DNA of 64,000 nucleotides. It comes from Lingula anatina (Eukaryota > Animalia > Brachiopoda). Made by a program: the position numbers and the translations under genes. The DNA is taken from contig CM120642.1 in assembly GCA_051362555.1 (NCBI GenBank), forward strand, positions 7,378,001-7,442,000. Reading direction: 5' to 3'. Below are positions 39,501 through 50,400 of the stretch, piece by piece. The stretch's first letter is position 1; every line of letters begins with the position of its first letter. The notes under the pieces are model-generated. The model saw nothing but the letters and a program-made list of their open reading frames with translations, had not been told where the DNA came from and did not search any database.

Positions 39501-41621
39501 TTCAGAAAATGTGATATGGGAAGGTCTTCAAGGCCATGGAAGTTCAGGGTCACACTTTCAAAATGCCAAAATGTAAACAAGAGATAACTGTACTGAAATG
39601 ATTTTCTTTCCATTTTCAACACCTTTTTACATAAAACAAAATAATCAATTTACTGTCATTTTTAAATGATCAACTAGGAAAATTGTTGACATAGGAAAAA
39701 TATCATTAGAACAATTTTAAATGTCCAATTTACTCTATTCTGAGATTCTGAACATAGTGAATGATTGAATCTGACAAACTGCAATGATGAGTTCCTTTCG
39801 ATTTTTGATACTTTATTACACAATGCACGATAACAGGTTTACCTTCATTTTTATATAATCAATTAACAATATTGTTAAGAAGCAGAAAATGTCAAAACAG
39901 CACTTTTACATATATATCTAATTAGTTCCATAATGAGACTGTTAACATGCCTAAGAATTAAATCTGAAGAAAAACCACTTATATACAAAAAGGCTAATAA
40001 CTTCATCAAAAATTAACTGATCAAGCTTATTTTCAAACTTGATCTGTATATTAGTCAGATTGATCACTCCTGTGAGCTGCAAGACAAAAGGCTGATTGGT
40101 TTTCCTTAAAATGCGTTATCATTGTTGCATATATGCTGAATAAGGGAAAAAACAGCATAACTTTTGTAAAAATAGTCCAATCATGCCAATTTTCGAACTT
40201 GACCTGCGTATTATGAATATTCATCAGTTTTGTAAGTTTCAATCCAAAAGGAAAAACATTTTTACATTTATCTTGTTATCGGTGTTATAAAAATGCTGAA
40301 AAAATTGAAAAAAAAAGGATAACTTTCATAAAAATTGCCCGATCATGCTGATTTTCAAACTTGACCTGCGTATTATGAATATTCATCAGTTCTGTAAGTT
40401 TCAAGCCAAAAGGTAAAATGGTTTTCCACCTATCGTGTTATCGGTGCTGCATATATGCGGAAAAAAGTGAAAAAACATCATAACTTCCCTAAAAATGGCC
40501 TGATCATGCTGATTTTCGAACTTGACCTGTGTATTATGAATATTCATCAGTTCTGTAAGTTTCAAGCCAAAAAGTAAAACGGTATTTCACTCATCGTGTT
40601 ATCGGCGTTGCATATATGCTGAAAATAGTGAAAAAACAGCATAACTTCCCTAAAAATGACCCGATCATGCTGATTTTCGAACTTGACCTGCGGATTATGA
40701 ATATTCATCAGTTCTGTAAGTTTCAAGCCAAAAAGTAAAATAGTTTTCCACTTATCGCGTATCGGTGCTGCACATATGCTGAAAAAAGTGAAAAAACAGC
40801 ATAACTTCCCTAAAAGTGACCCGATCATGCTGATTTTCGAACTTGACCTGCGGATTATGAATATTCCTCAATTCTGTAAGTTTCAAGCTGAAAGAAAAAA
40901 ACGTTTTTCCACTTATCGTGTTATCGGTAAAAGTGCACGGCGACGACGGCGACGACAGACGCAGGTGATGGCTATATGTACAGACACATCTGTGTCTGTA
41001 CATAAAAATGGCCCGAATATGCTGATTTTCGAACTTGACCTGCGTATTAAGAATACTCATCAGTTCTGTAAGTTTCAAGTCAAAGGAAAAAAAGGGTTTT
41101 CCACTTATCGTGTTATGGGTAAAAGAGCATGGCGACAGTGACGACAACGACGGCGACGACAGACGCAGGTGACGGCTATATGTACAGACACATCTGTGTC
41201 TGTACTTAAAAATCCATGTCAACATCCCTGTATACAACTATAATGAGCTGCAGTATTCACATGAGCTGCACCCGTGGTTTCTTAGCAATAAGTGTCCCAA
41301 CTCCAGATATTTGTTCAAAATGTAGATCATTAAAGGCAAAGTAAAAAGAAGACAGGAGTGTCAAGTTCTGTCGCACAAAAAGCCAATCCATAATAATACA
41401 CATATTAATAAGCAGTTCTGAACCTTCCTCATGCTCCATATTCAAGCTCTTCAATGATGATAGTCTTGAAAGCGAAGTATCCTCACTTCATCACTCGCTC
41501 TTAGAGGTGTTGAGTGGTGTGAATCTTTGCTGTCACTGGGTGATCAAAACAGACAGCAGCAAAGAGTTTAAGTGTGGTTATCACACGGACTGATAAAGAA
41601 AAAGAAATCCTGAGGCAATCT

Positions 41622-41662
<41 letters not shown>

Positions 41663-42263
41663 CACTCACCGATGGTTGTGCTTATGGTAGCAGAAGGGGG
41701 TGGTAGTGGAACTCTTTCTTTCATTTCACTTTCTTTACTTTCTTCTTCATTCTCTTCTATGGGGTTACTTTCTTCTAGCTCTGGCGTGGAATTGTTACTG
41801 CAACATAAATATTAAGTCAGGCTTCTCTGTCTTATTTTGGACTCCTTCAAGCAAAAATAGCTAACAAAAATTGAGTAAAACAAAGATAAATTAGTATTTT
41901 TTTTCAAAATGTTTTTCATTTCATTGCTTGTCAGAGTGAACTATGCATCAATTATATGACAATCACCGTACACAGTAGTGTGAGATTAGTATTTGCTTGA
42001 TTACTGATTATATTTCCATAGAGTTACCTTGTTGGCTCTTCTTCCTTCTCTTTCTTCTTTTCTTTCTCTTTCTCCAATTTTTCCTTTTTCTTCTTTTTCC
42101 TTTTCTCACTTTTCCTCTTTTTCTTGCTTTCTTCTCTGCTCTTCTCCTGTTCAATCTCCTCCAATAAAATGGATGCATTTTTGTCGGCTTTAGCAGCTTG
42201 CAATTGGCGGTCTTTGGCACTCACGATGATTTCCATGCACTGGTGACATTTTTTGAGCAGCTC
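18969..42263 (-). CDS. ROCO-family protein, 5'-partial. Exons in transcript order: 42263-42028, 41797-41670, 36041-35811, 27364-27314, 27053-26586, 26174-26053, 25612-24425, 23430-22798, 19328-18969
   Basis: All junctions are AG/GT with matching phases (2,1,1,1,1,0,0,0); total 3417 nt, no internal stop. Roc motifs: G1 GHHGAGKT, G2 SETNGVEV, G3 IWDFGGQHVYYTTHQTFLS, G4 VGTHKD. COR motifs: YWGEDHPCKWLELE, LVFLHALGEVIYF, ILDPQWLI. The join of the first two exons to the Roc exon is inferred from phase only. Confidence 0.8.
19528..19600. repeat. Short inverted repeat (hairpin)
   Basis: ctgcttaatccttaaatgttctctcaatga / tcattgagagaccattaaagggttacgcag. Confidence 0.65.
20029..20180 (-). pseudogene. 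Degenerate duplicate of the 3' end of the CARD exon
   Basis: Encodes LQPESDFEKDNTQVDATQPISFNAR*, versus LEPEPDFEEDEKPVDATQPISFNAR* in the terminal exon; about 45 nt identical across the stop. Confidence 0.7.
20679..22436. repeat. Near-identical 878-bp tandem duplication (2 copies), intronic
   Basis: actgcagcgacaag at 20679 and 21557; the only difference I noticed is in a (gtt)n/poly-T tract. Confidence 0.95.
24425..25612 (-). CDS. Exon with the end of Roc plus the COR domain
   Basis: 396 open codons carrying COR-A/COR-B motifs (DPQWLINAF, YFVPC, LPNCLFHRLVAAC). Confidence 0.9.
25988..26040. repeat. (TA)n microsatellite 13 bp from a splice donor
   Basis: Direct reading. Confidence 0.95.
27490..27850 (-). 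mobile_element. Deleted, diverged fragment of family Z
   Basis: gaccccaaactcatgcagatgaaaga and ttttggtcaaaaatcatgaaatggagg resemble the reverse complement of 12850-13480. Confidence 0.6.
28320..29003. mobile_element. PIF/Harbinger-like MITE
   Basis: TIRs gcccccgtttcacaaa / tttgtgaaactgggcc with 3-bp TSD CAG. Confidence 0.65.
29437..29578. mobile_element. Small foldback element
   Basis: ccttgaacta..aaaatttccttatcgtagcg mirrored by cgctaacgataaggcaatttt..tagttcaagg. Confidence 0.6.
30376..31681. mobile_element. hAT-like non-autonomous TIR element inserted in a Z monomer
   Basis: tgctgaaa / tttcagcatg ends, ggcccg/gccgg subterminal motifs; the monomer sequence actat appears on both sides. Confidence 0.55.
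32581..35001. mobile_element. Unclassified 2.4-kb insertion into Z copy 2
   Basis: Z sequence ggtagataa|gcatttaattttg is split here; the insert has short direct repeats aggctgtccggg / aggctatcccggg at its ends. Confidence 0.55.
36729..36820. repeat. 46-bp tandem duplication within a locally dispersed intronic repeat
   Basis: acaaggcagcaaagctgtcaaatgtacagacaaaaagcagaaaata x2. Confidence 0.85.
36948..37170. mobile_element. Foldback MITE-like palindrome
   Basis: ctccaagg..ctaaattgc..ttaagtggcttag mirrored by ctaagccacttaa..gcaatttag..ccttggag. Confidence 0.7.
37862..38537 (-). mobile_element. 5'-truncated RTE-clade LINE (RTE-BovB-like C-terminus)
   Basis: QLRWAGHVCRM..RLPKAVLY..GKRSHGG..RFKD and a C-terminal CxxC..H zinc finger; (gat)n tail; 11-bp TSD atgtgaaggat at 37851 and 38538. 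Confidence 0.9.
40015..41210. mobile_element. Second Helentron-type satellite-bearing element (family W), monomer about 160 bp, about 6-7 copies, terminus duplicated
   Basis: ctgattttcgaacttgacctg recurs about every 160 bp; (cga/cgg)n microsatellite and hairpin tgtacagacaca-tc-tgtgtctgtac occur at about 40975 and 41180, with a solo terminus at 22585-22632. Confidence 0.75.
41670..42263 (-). CDS. Two exons resembling the post-ankyrin region of Mask/ANKHD1/ANKRD17
   Basis: ELLKKCHQCMEIIVSAKDRQ..AAKADKNASILLEEIEQEKSREESKKK and VPLPPPSATISTTIG match my recollection of ANKHD1 (KKCHQC.E.IV.AKDQQAAEANKNASILL.ELDLEKSREES; VPIEPPSATTTTTIG); canonical splice sites. Confidence 0.8.
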
Positions 42264-42284
42264 CTGAAACATACAATGAAATAC

Positions 42285-42368
42285 AACCAGAGGATCAGAG
42301 AGGCGATACTGCCTCCGGATATTGTACCACCAGCTGGAATAAGCGCATTCCTATGGACCCCCCCCCCC

Positions 42369-42400
<32 letters not shown>

Positions 42401-42429
42401 ACACCACCACCAGTCTTGTGCTTGACAAG
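42285..42429 (-). mobile_element. Family Z copy 3, terminus only, cut off by a LINE
   Basis: agaggatcagagaggcgat..gcctccggatattgtaccaccagc..cttgtgcttgacaag as at 29600-29713. Confidence 0.8.
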
Positions 42430-43299
42430 ACAGTGACGAGGACATGAGTAGAGACATAGGAGGTTGCTAGTTGATTGTGGATATTGAACATGATTTTCTT
42501 CGCGTGGTTTCTTCGACGTTCCTCTAGTGAAACCCAGTTCAGCTGTTCCAGTACTTCACAGCGATTTGAGCCAGGAAGGGCCCCCAGTATATTAAGGCCA
42601 GCTTGATACTGGAGGGATGATAGCTTTGATAGGTTATGTAGAAACGCAGTGCTATAGAGAACATCGCAATAATCAAGCAAATGAGAAATGTACGCATTGT
42701 AAAGTATGTTAAGTACTTATATCGTAGAGTTTTAGAAAGCGAATTTAAAGGATTTAGTGCTTTTTGGGCCTTGCTTAAAGTATATGTAAAATGCTCGGAA
42801 CAGTCAAGTTTATGATCAAGAATAAACCCAAGGTGTTTGTGGTATTTTTTCTGTGTTATAGCCGTGTTGCATAGAATAAGTGGACTGTACTTTTCTACAT
42901 TTTTTTTCGTAGTAAAAATCACTTCATTGCACTTTTTTAAAAAATAATTTCCACTTCACTGACCATGCTTCAAGGTATGAGATATCAGACTGGAGAATGT
43001 CATGAGCTTTCCTGTTTCGGGTAGACGGGAGAAAAAATCGAAGTATCATCTGCATATATGAAGCAGTGCGAGATAAGACCATCAGGTAGGTCGTTTATAT
43101 ACAGAAGAAATAGAAGCGGGCCGAGTATACTTCCTTGTGGAACACTGGTATTGATGAAGTTTGTCTCAGAGACCTTTGAAAGGGTACCGTTTATGCGCAT
43201 TCCGATTTTCCTGTTGTTCAGATAAGAGGCCAAGAAAGAGTGCAGTTTACTTCTAAAACCATAGGTTATAAGTTTCAGCAGTAAAAGACTGTGAGGCAC
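42430..43299 (-). mobile_element. Degenerate CR1/L2/Jockey-group LINE reverse transcriptase fragment
   Basis: VPQGSILGPLLFLLYINDLP, YADDT, KHLGFILD, LNWVSLEERR; frameshifted; broken at the (AFDT)VPH motif by an LTR. Confidence 0.85.
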
Positions 43300-43440
43300 T
43301 GTTACGTATGTGTCTGAGCCTCTGAGAAATAACGTCCACACCAGTCAATGCATTTCTTGGAACTAACTTTATTATTCAGTTTACGAGTACAGATCAATGC
43401 GCAGTGAGTCGTGCCACACAAATAAGTCCCATACATAACA
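43300..43440 (-). mobile_element. 141-bp 3' LTR of the Gypsy element
   Basis: TG..CA ends with an 11-bp terminal IR (tgttacgtatg/catacataaca), AATAAA on the minus strand, adjacent purine-rich tract gtggggaggac at 43441-43451. Confidence 0.8.
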
Positions 43441-45924
43441 GTCCTCCCCACTGAAATGTGAGGTGCCACAAATCACAACTGTTACCAACAAATTTTTCTT
43501 TATATATGTATACATAGACATAAAAAAACATATAAATTAATGATCATACCATCACATACAGTATACGTTATGTTCTCTTCAATACAATGGGGCCTCGTTT
43601 CATTGGGCCATTTGAATCTTAAACATTTCCATAAGAAAACAAAACACTTCTCACAAAACAACGAAGATTTAATTTAAATTCAACTGACTATGACAATCAT
43701 TTTAAATCACATATCTCTACTAGTACTTAAACTGAACATAATCATTTAACCATTTAGGCAAGGAGTTATAACAGAAGGAGATTACACGCGTGGGGGCAGA
43801 GCCCGTATTACGGTCTCTCATTGGTCGGAATGAATAGAACCCAGAGAACAATGGGTTCCTATCTCTGTTACGCTTTCTGTTACTCTCGTTTAAATCTCGT
43901 TTGTCAGAATAGGTGCCTTCGTCTGTCGTTTGGAGAGGACACAAACAGAAACGCAGTCAAAAGTTTCTCAAAATGAGAGAATTACAGAGTGCAGAGGATA
44001 TAACGTTGGATAAGGTTATCAAAAAACAGGTAAGTGCTTTTAAATGCATAACTACTCGAAATATGAAGATAAATTGCAACTTTTATGCCGTGGGATCTCA
44101 CTGTGTAAGTGTCCAGCTCCACGTCGATCTCGCGTGGTGGTGTGTGGAGAATAAATATTGCACGAAAAATATTTCCCACTCATAACAAGTGCTTAAAAAT
44201 ATAGTATCAGACGAAGAAAGTTTGGTCTTTATGCAGTTGTAATTGTTTAGTTATTTGTGGCAATAGCATAGAATAAAACTTAGGTGCACTTTCAGTAGCC
44301 GAATAACAAGCAGATGCATAAGCCGCCATCTTGTTTATGTTTCGAAAAAAAATAACTCCAAAAGACATTTTCCTCCTACTTTTTCAGGCCTTCCCAACTA
44401 CCAGACTCGGCACCTACGGGTCCAGAAAAAAGCGGTTTATCAGACCACACTGCCCGTTTACAAGGTGTGTGTCAGATCGCATTACAGAGTATCAGCCACA
44501 ACACCGATTTTGCCTGGTGCGCGATGTGATAGCAATGATCCTAAGCGGGGTTGGAAAGTAGTGCATCTCATCTAGATTCATGCGCTGCTGCAATTTTCTC
44601 TGTTTATGCTAAAATCTGACAGTACCGCAATTTTTAACATAAAATTTAGGTTCGGACCAAGGAGTTATAACAGAAGGAGATTACACGCAAGCCTTTCTAT
44701 TGTCCGATGTCTGTTACGGTGGGCGGAGCTAGCTACGGGGGGCCTCCGGTCTCAAGGTTTCGTCTGCGTCGCTCTCCTCAGCTTGGAGATAAATTTCATA
44801 TGCGTTATTTCGCGTTAGAATTCGAGATCAGTAATGTCAAAGCGCCGCTGTATGCTGACGATTTTTTTCACAGGTAATTATTTGGACGATGTGCTGGAAG
44901 GGAACGATATCATAGAAAGCGATTATAAGGTGGTGACTGAGGATGGTCGCCATGAGCTTTTTTTAGTCGGTGATAGATGGCTTTTTTATGGCACAACCCG
45001 GTGAAAAATCACCAAGGAGAAGTCAAAAGAAGCGTCCCAACCGGTGTACCTAATTACCGTCGACAACCGAGCACAACCGAACACTACCGTCCACAAGCAC
45101 TAATTACCGTCCACAAGCAATAAATACCGCACACAAGCGTCCTCCCATATGAAATAGTTGTAAAATTAACTAATAGTTAGAAATTTAACATAAGATGGTG
45201 CTTTATTGAAAAAAAAAACAGGTCTGCAGACGTTTTCAAAACGGAGGACCTCACTTAATTGTCACATTTGTTGCATTGAAAACTACGTTAAACGATGTTA
45301 ACTGTTGTATGCTAGGCTTCCAAAATGCAAAAAGGGGAAAAACGTTCATAAGTATACAGTAATACATATCGTTACGCGTAAAAGCTACATTAGTGCACTG
45401 AATGCGGTTATTTCAAGCAATATCAGATGAGAAATAAAACAATTGTTTATTGACAATTCAGGTCCGACAAATGTGCATAGCAATAGCAATAGTCGGTGTT
45501 ACTTTTCTGTCAAAACCTCGATCATTTTCTAACATGTGAAAACTTTGGGACGGGAGTAAAGATCTTGTTGAAATGTTGTTTATTAGCCAAAATATAATCT
45601 GAAATTTTGTAAGATGTTCATAAAAGTAAGTGTCTTGTCCTGACGAAAGATTTAAAGTCTTATTACTTTTGATCATCCCAGGTCCGGTAAGTTGTTGGCA
45701 ATCAGGGCCGTCCAGTCGCATTCCTCCGATAAACTTTTAAGTGCAATTAGAATTATGATTACCTTCGAGGCCAGCCCGTCGCATGCCTCCCCTAAACTTA
45801 TTTCTAGTCGTATTTGATCATCTACGGACAGTTTAAGTCAATCAGGGATACGCCGGTCGCGCGACAATTATAATAATTGCAACCTAAGTGTGCAGAATAT
45901 TAAAAGCAAGTGCAAGTGTATCCA

Positions 45925-46030
45925 TCACCCTAACCGTGTGTCGAAAGCAAGGCGGACCGAGTATTCTCCTCTTGGCGACTCTCACATCAAGCGATTGTGG
46001 GACGATCATTTGCGAGCCCCAAGTGAATTT
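45925..46030 (+). pseudogene. Truncated inverted copy of the SGNH gene 5' end in the MULE left arm
   Basis: LGDSHIKRLWDDHLRAPSEFRRHMHP versus LGDSHIRRLRDDHLRAPGECRRHMDP. Confidence 0.85.
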
Positions 46031-46512
46031 AGACGACATATGCATCCACACCAACCACCACTAAATTTTACGTTTAATAAGACGTCTTTGCAATAAAAAG
46101 CTTATAATTTTTTTCATTGATTTTATTGTAATTTCCTTAAAACTGCAGGTTATTGGTTTAACAAAATGAAAATATTTCACCTGATGTTTTACGAAATTAA
46201 AAGTTTTCACCCGAAGCTTTCTGACGTTAAACAGATCCATTACTGATGTTGGTTCGTGCATTTGACAGCTTTGTTTCAATTTATCTTTTATTTCATTCTA
46301 TACTTCAATTTTTTCATTATGAATACGTCACGACCTTCTTTTTATGTTTTTACGTTTAAGGCTTGATGTCTATGCCTTATTTATTCACGTAAATACTTTA
46401 TTCTTTATTTTCATAAAGGATCAATTTATTTATTATTATAATTTTTTGGCTATATTTTTTCTCTAACCCGTGTCAGATCGAGCTAAACAGACGATGCCGA
46501 CAATTGACGTTA

Positions 46513-46650
46513 CCAGTTACCTTGCAAACAGCGTGTGCCACCTGTAAAAGGTGCTGATAATATCAGTTACCATGTAAACAGAGCGTGTGCCACCTGTAAA
46601 AGATGCTGATATTATCAGTTACCACGTAAACAGAGCGTGTGCCACCTGTT
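46513..46650. repeat. About 3 copies of a 52-53-bp repeat upstream of the transposase
   Basis: cagttacc..aaacagagcgtgtgccacctgt. Confidence 0.8.
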
Positions 46651-47062
46651 AAGGAGTGTCACGAAAGGCAATAGGAGATGAGTATTATTATTTATTCGAT
46701 TGTGACCCATCTAAAAAAAATTCAGAATAAGTATTTTACACATTTTGTACATTAATGCATGTAATATTCATAAATACAAAGAATTATACGATAGAAATTA
46801 TATAAAACTGCTTAATAAAGCTATGGAAACTAATCGATATAATAAAAGAAAGAATAAAAGATTTATGCTTGATAATGTGTACTTAATTCATGTAGGTGCA
46901 GGTATATATATACATAATCGTGAAAAATTATATACACTGTAACACATTGTATGACAAAAACTTTTGTAACGTATACACATCGTTTGCTTTTTGAGTTTAT
47001 TAAAAAATGGAACTGTTGTTCCGTGGCATGTCTTGTTTATCCCACGTGTCAAAACGATCTAG

Positions 47063-47299
47063 CCTGTGCTGACGTGTCACAATACTGATAAGATCAGTTG
47101 CCATGGGTAAAGAGTAGGTGTCCCCTGTCAATTTCTTTTGAAATGTCTTTGATTATGCATGGGCAGGTAAGTTGATTGCCCCTGTGCTGACGCGTGACAC
47201 TACTGATAAGATCAGTTGCCATGGGTATAGAGTAGGTGTCCCCTGTCAATTTCTTTTTTAATACCTTTGATTATGCATGGACAGGTAAGTTGACTGCCC
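47063..47299. repeat. Two copies of a 118-bp repeat immediately upstream of the transposase promoter
   Basis: cctgtgctgacg..tactgataagatcagttgccatgggta..tttgattatgcatgg. Confidence 0.85.
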
Positions 47300-47348
47300 A
47301 CGCTTAACCTAATCTTGCTTCATTACGTATGTTTTTGTCTGAAAATCC

Positions 47349-47387
47349 TATAAAAGCCACGCTCAATCCAGTACCTGCCTTCATTCA
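47349..47387 (+). promoter_or_regulatory. Putative TATA box and initiator of the transposase gene
   Basis: TATAAAAG at 47349, TCATTC about 32 bp downstream, ATG at 47458. Confidence 0.55.
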
Positions 47388-47457
47388 TAGCTTTGGCTCC
47401 CTGAATATACATCCGAGTGATTCCACGAACCCGTGATTCGAAATCTTTACCGCAAAG

Positions 47458-50400
47458 ATGCCTAAGAGATATCCATGTGGCGATTGCAGGAAGAACACTG
47501 CCTACACGGTGTCCATATTATGCGAGTCCTGTAATTCCTGGTTTCATAAAGATTGCCAGGGGTTAACAGAGGCAGATTTCAAGGCTTTGGGGCAAAGTAG
47601 GCTAGGGTATTGGTGCAAAAGTTGTAATTCAGCCCCAGGTGGAGATTATGACTTTCACCAAGCCCTGGTACGCCTTAAAGGTTTTGCCCCAAATAACCTT
47701 GAAGAAGCAGTACGACAAGAAGGCATGTTCATGAAGATTTTTGGGGTAAGTACAACTCACTTTCAAGGCAGCCTTCACCATTTCTCTGCTGGTGAAGGCC
47801 TTAAAGTAGATTCTACTGCAGTGGACATTTTGGTGTTATGTAGGGGCGTCCCAAAAGGTAGAAAACCAATCCGCGTCTCTGGTGACGGCAGTTGTTTGTT
47901 CAATTCTGTTTCTGTTGCTCTTTGTGGTTCTGAGAGATTGGCAAATGAGCTTCGCGTCCGTTGCAGTGTGGAAATGTTTGAAAATGAACGGTTCTATAAG
48001 CTACAGCACACTGACAATTACTGGGAGGCCATGAATGCCGATTATAATGACGCGCGAATGGATTGTGTCAAAGGGAACGAATCCACTGGATGGACAATAC
48101 ACGCTCTTTCTTCTGTTGTCGGTCGCCCAATAACATCTGTCTATCCTCCTATGAACGGATTACTCGATCCGGCAGTGGGATGCATGGGACAAACCTTTCA
48201 GCCAAGGCTACGGTTAAACAATTGCATGACCCCAGTAGTTGTTATGTGGTCCCGTTGCGGTGGCACCGGCGAGGGTAGTGGTATTTGGACTACGGACCAT
48301 TTCGTTCCGCTTATTGAGTGTACGAATAAGGAGATCAGTTCCCCAGTACATGATCTTGAAGATCCTGAAACACCACCTCAGAAGCGACCACGTAAAGACG
48401 CATCCTCCATCTCCATGAGCCCCCCAGAGACCGACTCGGCACCCACTGACGTCATAGATATTTCCGACGACGAAAAGGGCGACATTGTTTCCATCATAGA
48501 TATTTCTGACGACGAAAACGGCGATTTTGTTTTTACTCCCGATTCAAACTCCGAAGGCGGAAGCGACTTGCCAGAAATGCTTGGAATAAGCATTACTAAA
48601 TTTCAAACACCAGAAACCCTGTTAAGTATAGTTTGCGACCCACCGAAAGTCGAATCCAACATACCGCGTGGAATAAAAGAAAACGTCTATTTTGTTGTAA
48701 ACAACAGTGACAATCGAAAACGACATGAAAGGGGGGCAAAGAGTCAGTTTACAGATGACTGTGGGGTATGGGATAGCAAGCGTTCCTCTACAAAGTCGAG
48801 CCATTATATTCATACAGAAGGACGTTTAAAATTCGTCATTGAGAAAGAAGGAAGTTACGGAACTATCGTTCGAAAAGCCTGGACACCGTTGGTCCCTCAA
48901 CCATCGCCATGGGAAATCCTCACCATGAAACACCATTACTCTTCTTTAAAAAGACAGAGTGCCTTTAAGAGAAGAATCACCTGGCTTGAAAAAGTGCCCG
49001 ATTCAGTGAAAGAGAAAAGGCCCTTATCGGATTCTGTGGCAATAGCTGAATACGTAGGGACTTGGCCGCAAATTGTTTCTGTTCATGGCAACGTCAAAAA
49101 ATCTAAACGTGAGTATGTCAAAGTGCCACACCAGCTTAAAGGACGCGTTAAGGAACTCGTGAAGGATGCTCCAGCTAGGGAAGTGTATTCGAAGTTGGTA
49201 ACGGAAGAACCCGAAAACGCGCCGCGAGACTTAAAGCAGGTCCAAAATATAAAATACCAGCGTAATAGAAACGAGATGCCCCACCAAAACCGTCGTAATA
49301 ACGCCGATGACATTCAACATATTCAATCCATGATGATGGACCATGAAATGATTCAAGAAATAATCCAAAGTAAAACCACCGGCAAGAAACAATGTAAGCC
49401 ACCTTCTATCATACTTTACACAGAAGATCAGTTAGAGGAGTTACGCGCTATATGCTCAGGAGGGAAGACCAGCAGCTGTATTGGAGTTGACAGAACTTTT
49501 AATATTGGAGCCTGCTACGTCACGACAGTTGTGTACAAAAACGCGAAACTTATTCGACAAAATACGCAGCAACCGCCCATTTTCTTAGGGCCAATTTTCT
49601 TACATTGGGACGGAGAATTTGAGACGTATCAACGCTTTTTTTCTCATCTACAGGCGAAAATAGGTAAAGATCTCGTAAACAATAACGATAGCGCGTTCAC
49701 CTTGGCCTTTTCAAATCTAATTGTTGGTTCGAACGAAGAGAAAGCGCTTACGAACGCGTTGCAAATGTGCTTTCCAAACGCGACGTTCCTGTTGTGCTCG
49801 CGCCATTTGGAGGAAAATATGCGACGTCATCTCACACAGTTAAACGTGCACGATAGAGAAAAACAAGAAATAGTTAGGGACGTATTCGGAAGACAGGGGC
49901 TTCTCATAAGTGAAGACGAGTATGACTTTGATAACAAAGTTTTAAACTTACAAACCAAATACGAAACTTCGGCTCCGGCGTTTGGACCTTACTTTTCCGG
50001 GTTAGTTCCAAAATTACGCCAAAAAGTTTTTATTCCTTCCTTACATAACAAATGTGTACCGTATTCATGGACAAACAACGCCTGTGAGTCCATGAACAAT
50101 ATTTTAAAACTCAGCATAAAGTGGAAGCCGCAACGGTTACCCGAATTAGTTGACAAACTTTACCAAATAGTGAAACTGCAGTCGGCCGATGCCAGGAGGG
50201 CAATTTATGGTTGTGGCAATTTTGAGCTAGCTCCGTGGATGCAGAGATTTCGCGTTGCGAATGCCGCGTGGGCTACAAAAAGTGACACCCAAAAGAATAT
50301 GTTGTACAAAAAATTTATACAACATCGATCCAGCTCACCCGGAACTCATCCCATTGTGTCTACAGATGGAAAGCTGAAAATACCGAACACCCCCACCACA

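Noticed and set aside
42008-42220. Arg/Lys-rich protamine-like ORF
   Set aside because: Alternative frame of the Mask-like exon
43913-44185. Possible THAP-domain start in element X
   Set aside because: No C2CH/AVP signature recognisable; frame not conserved in the second copy
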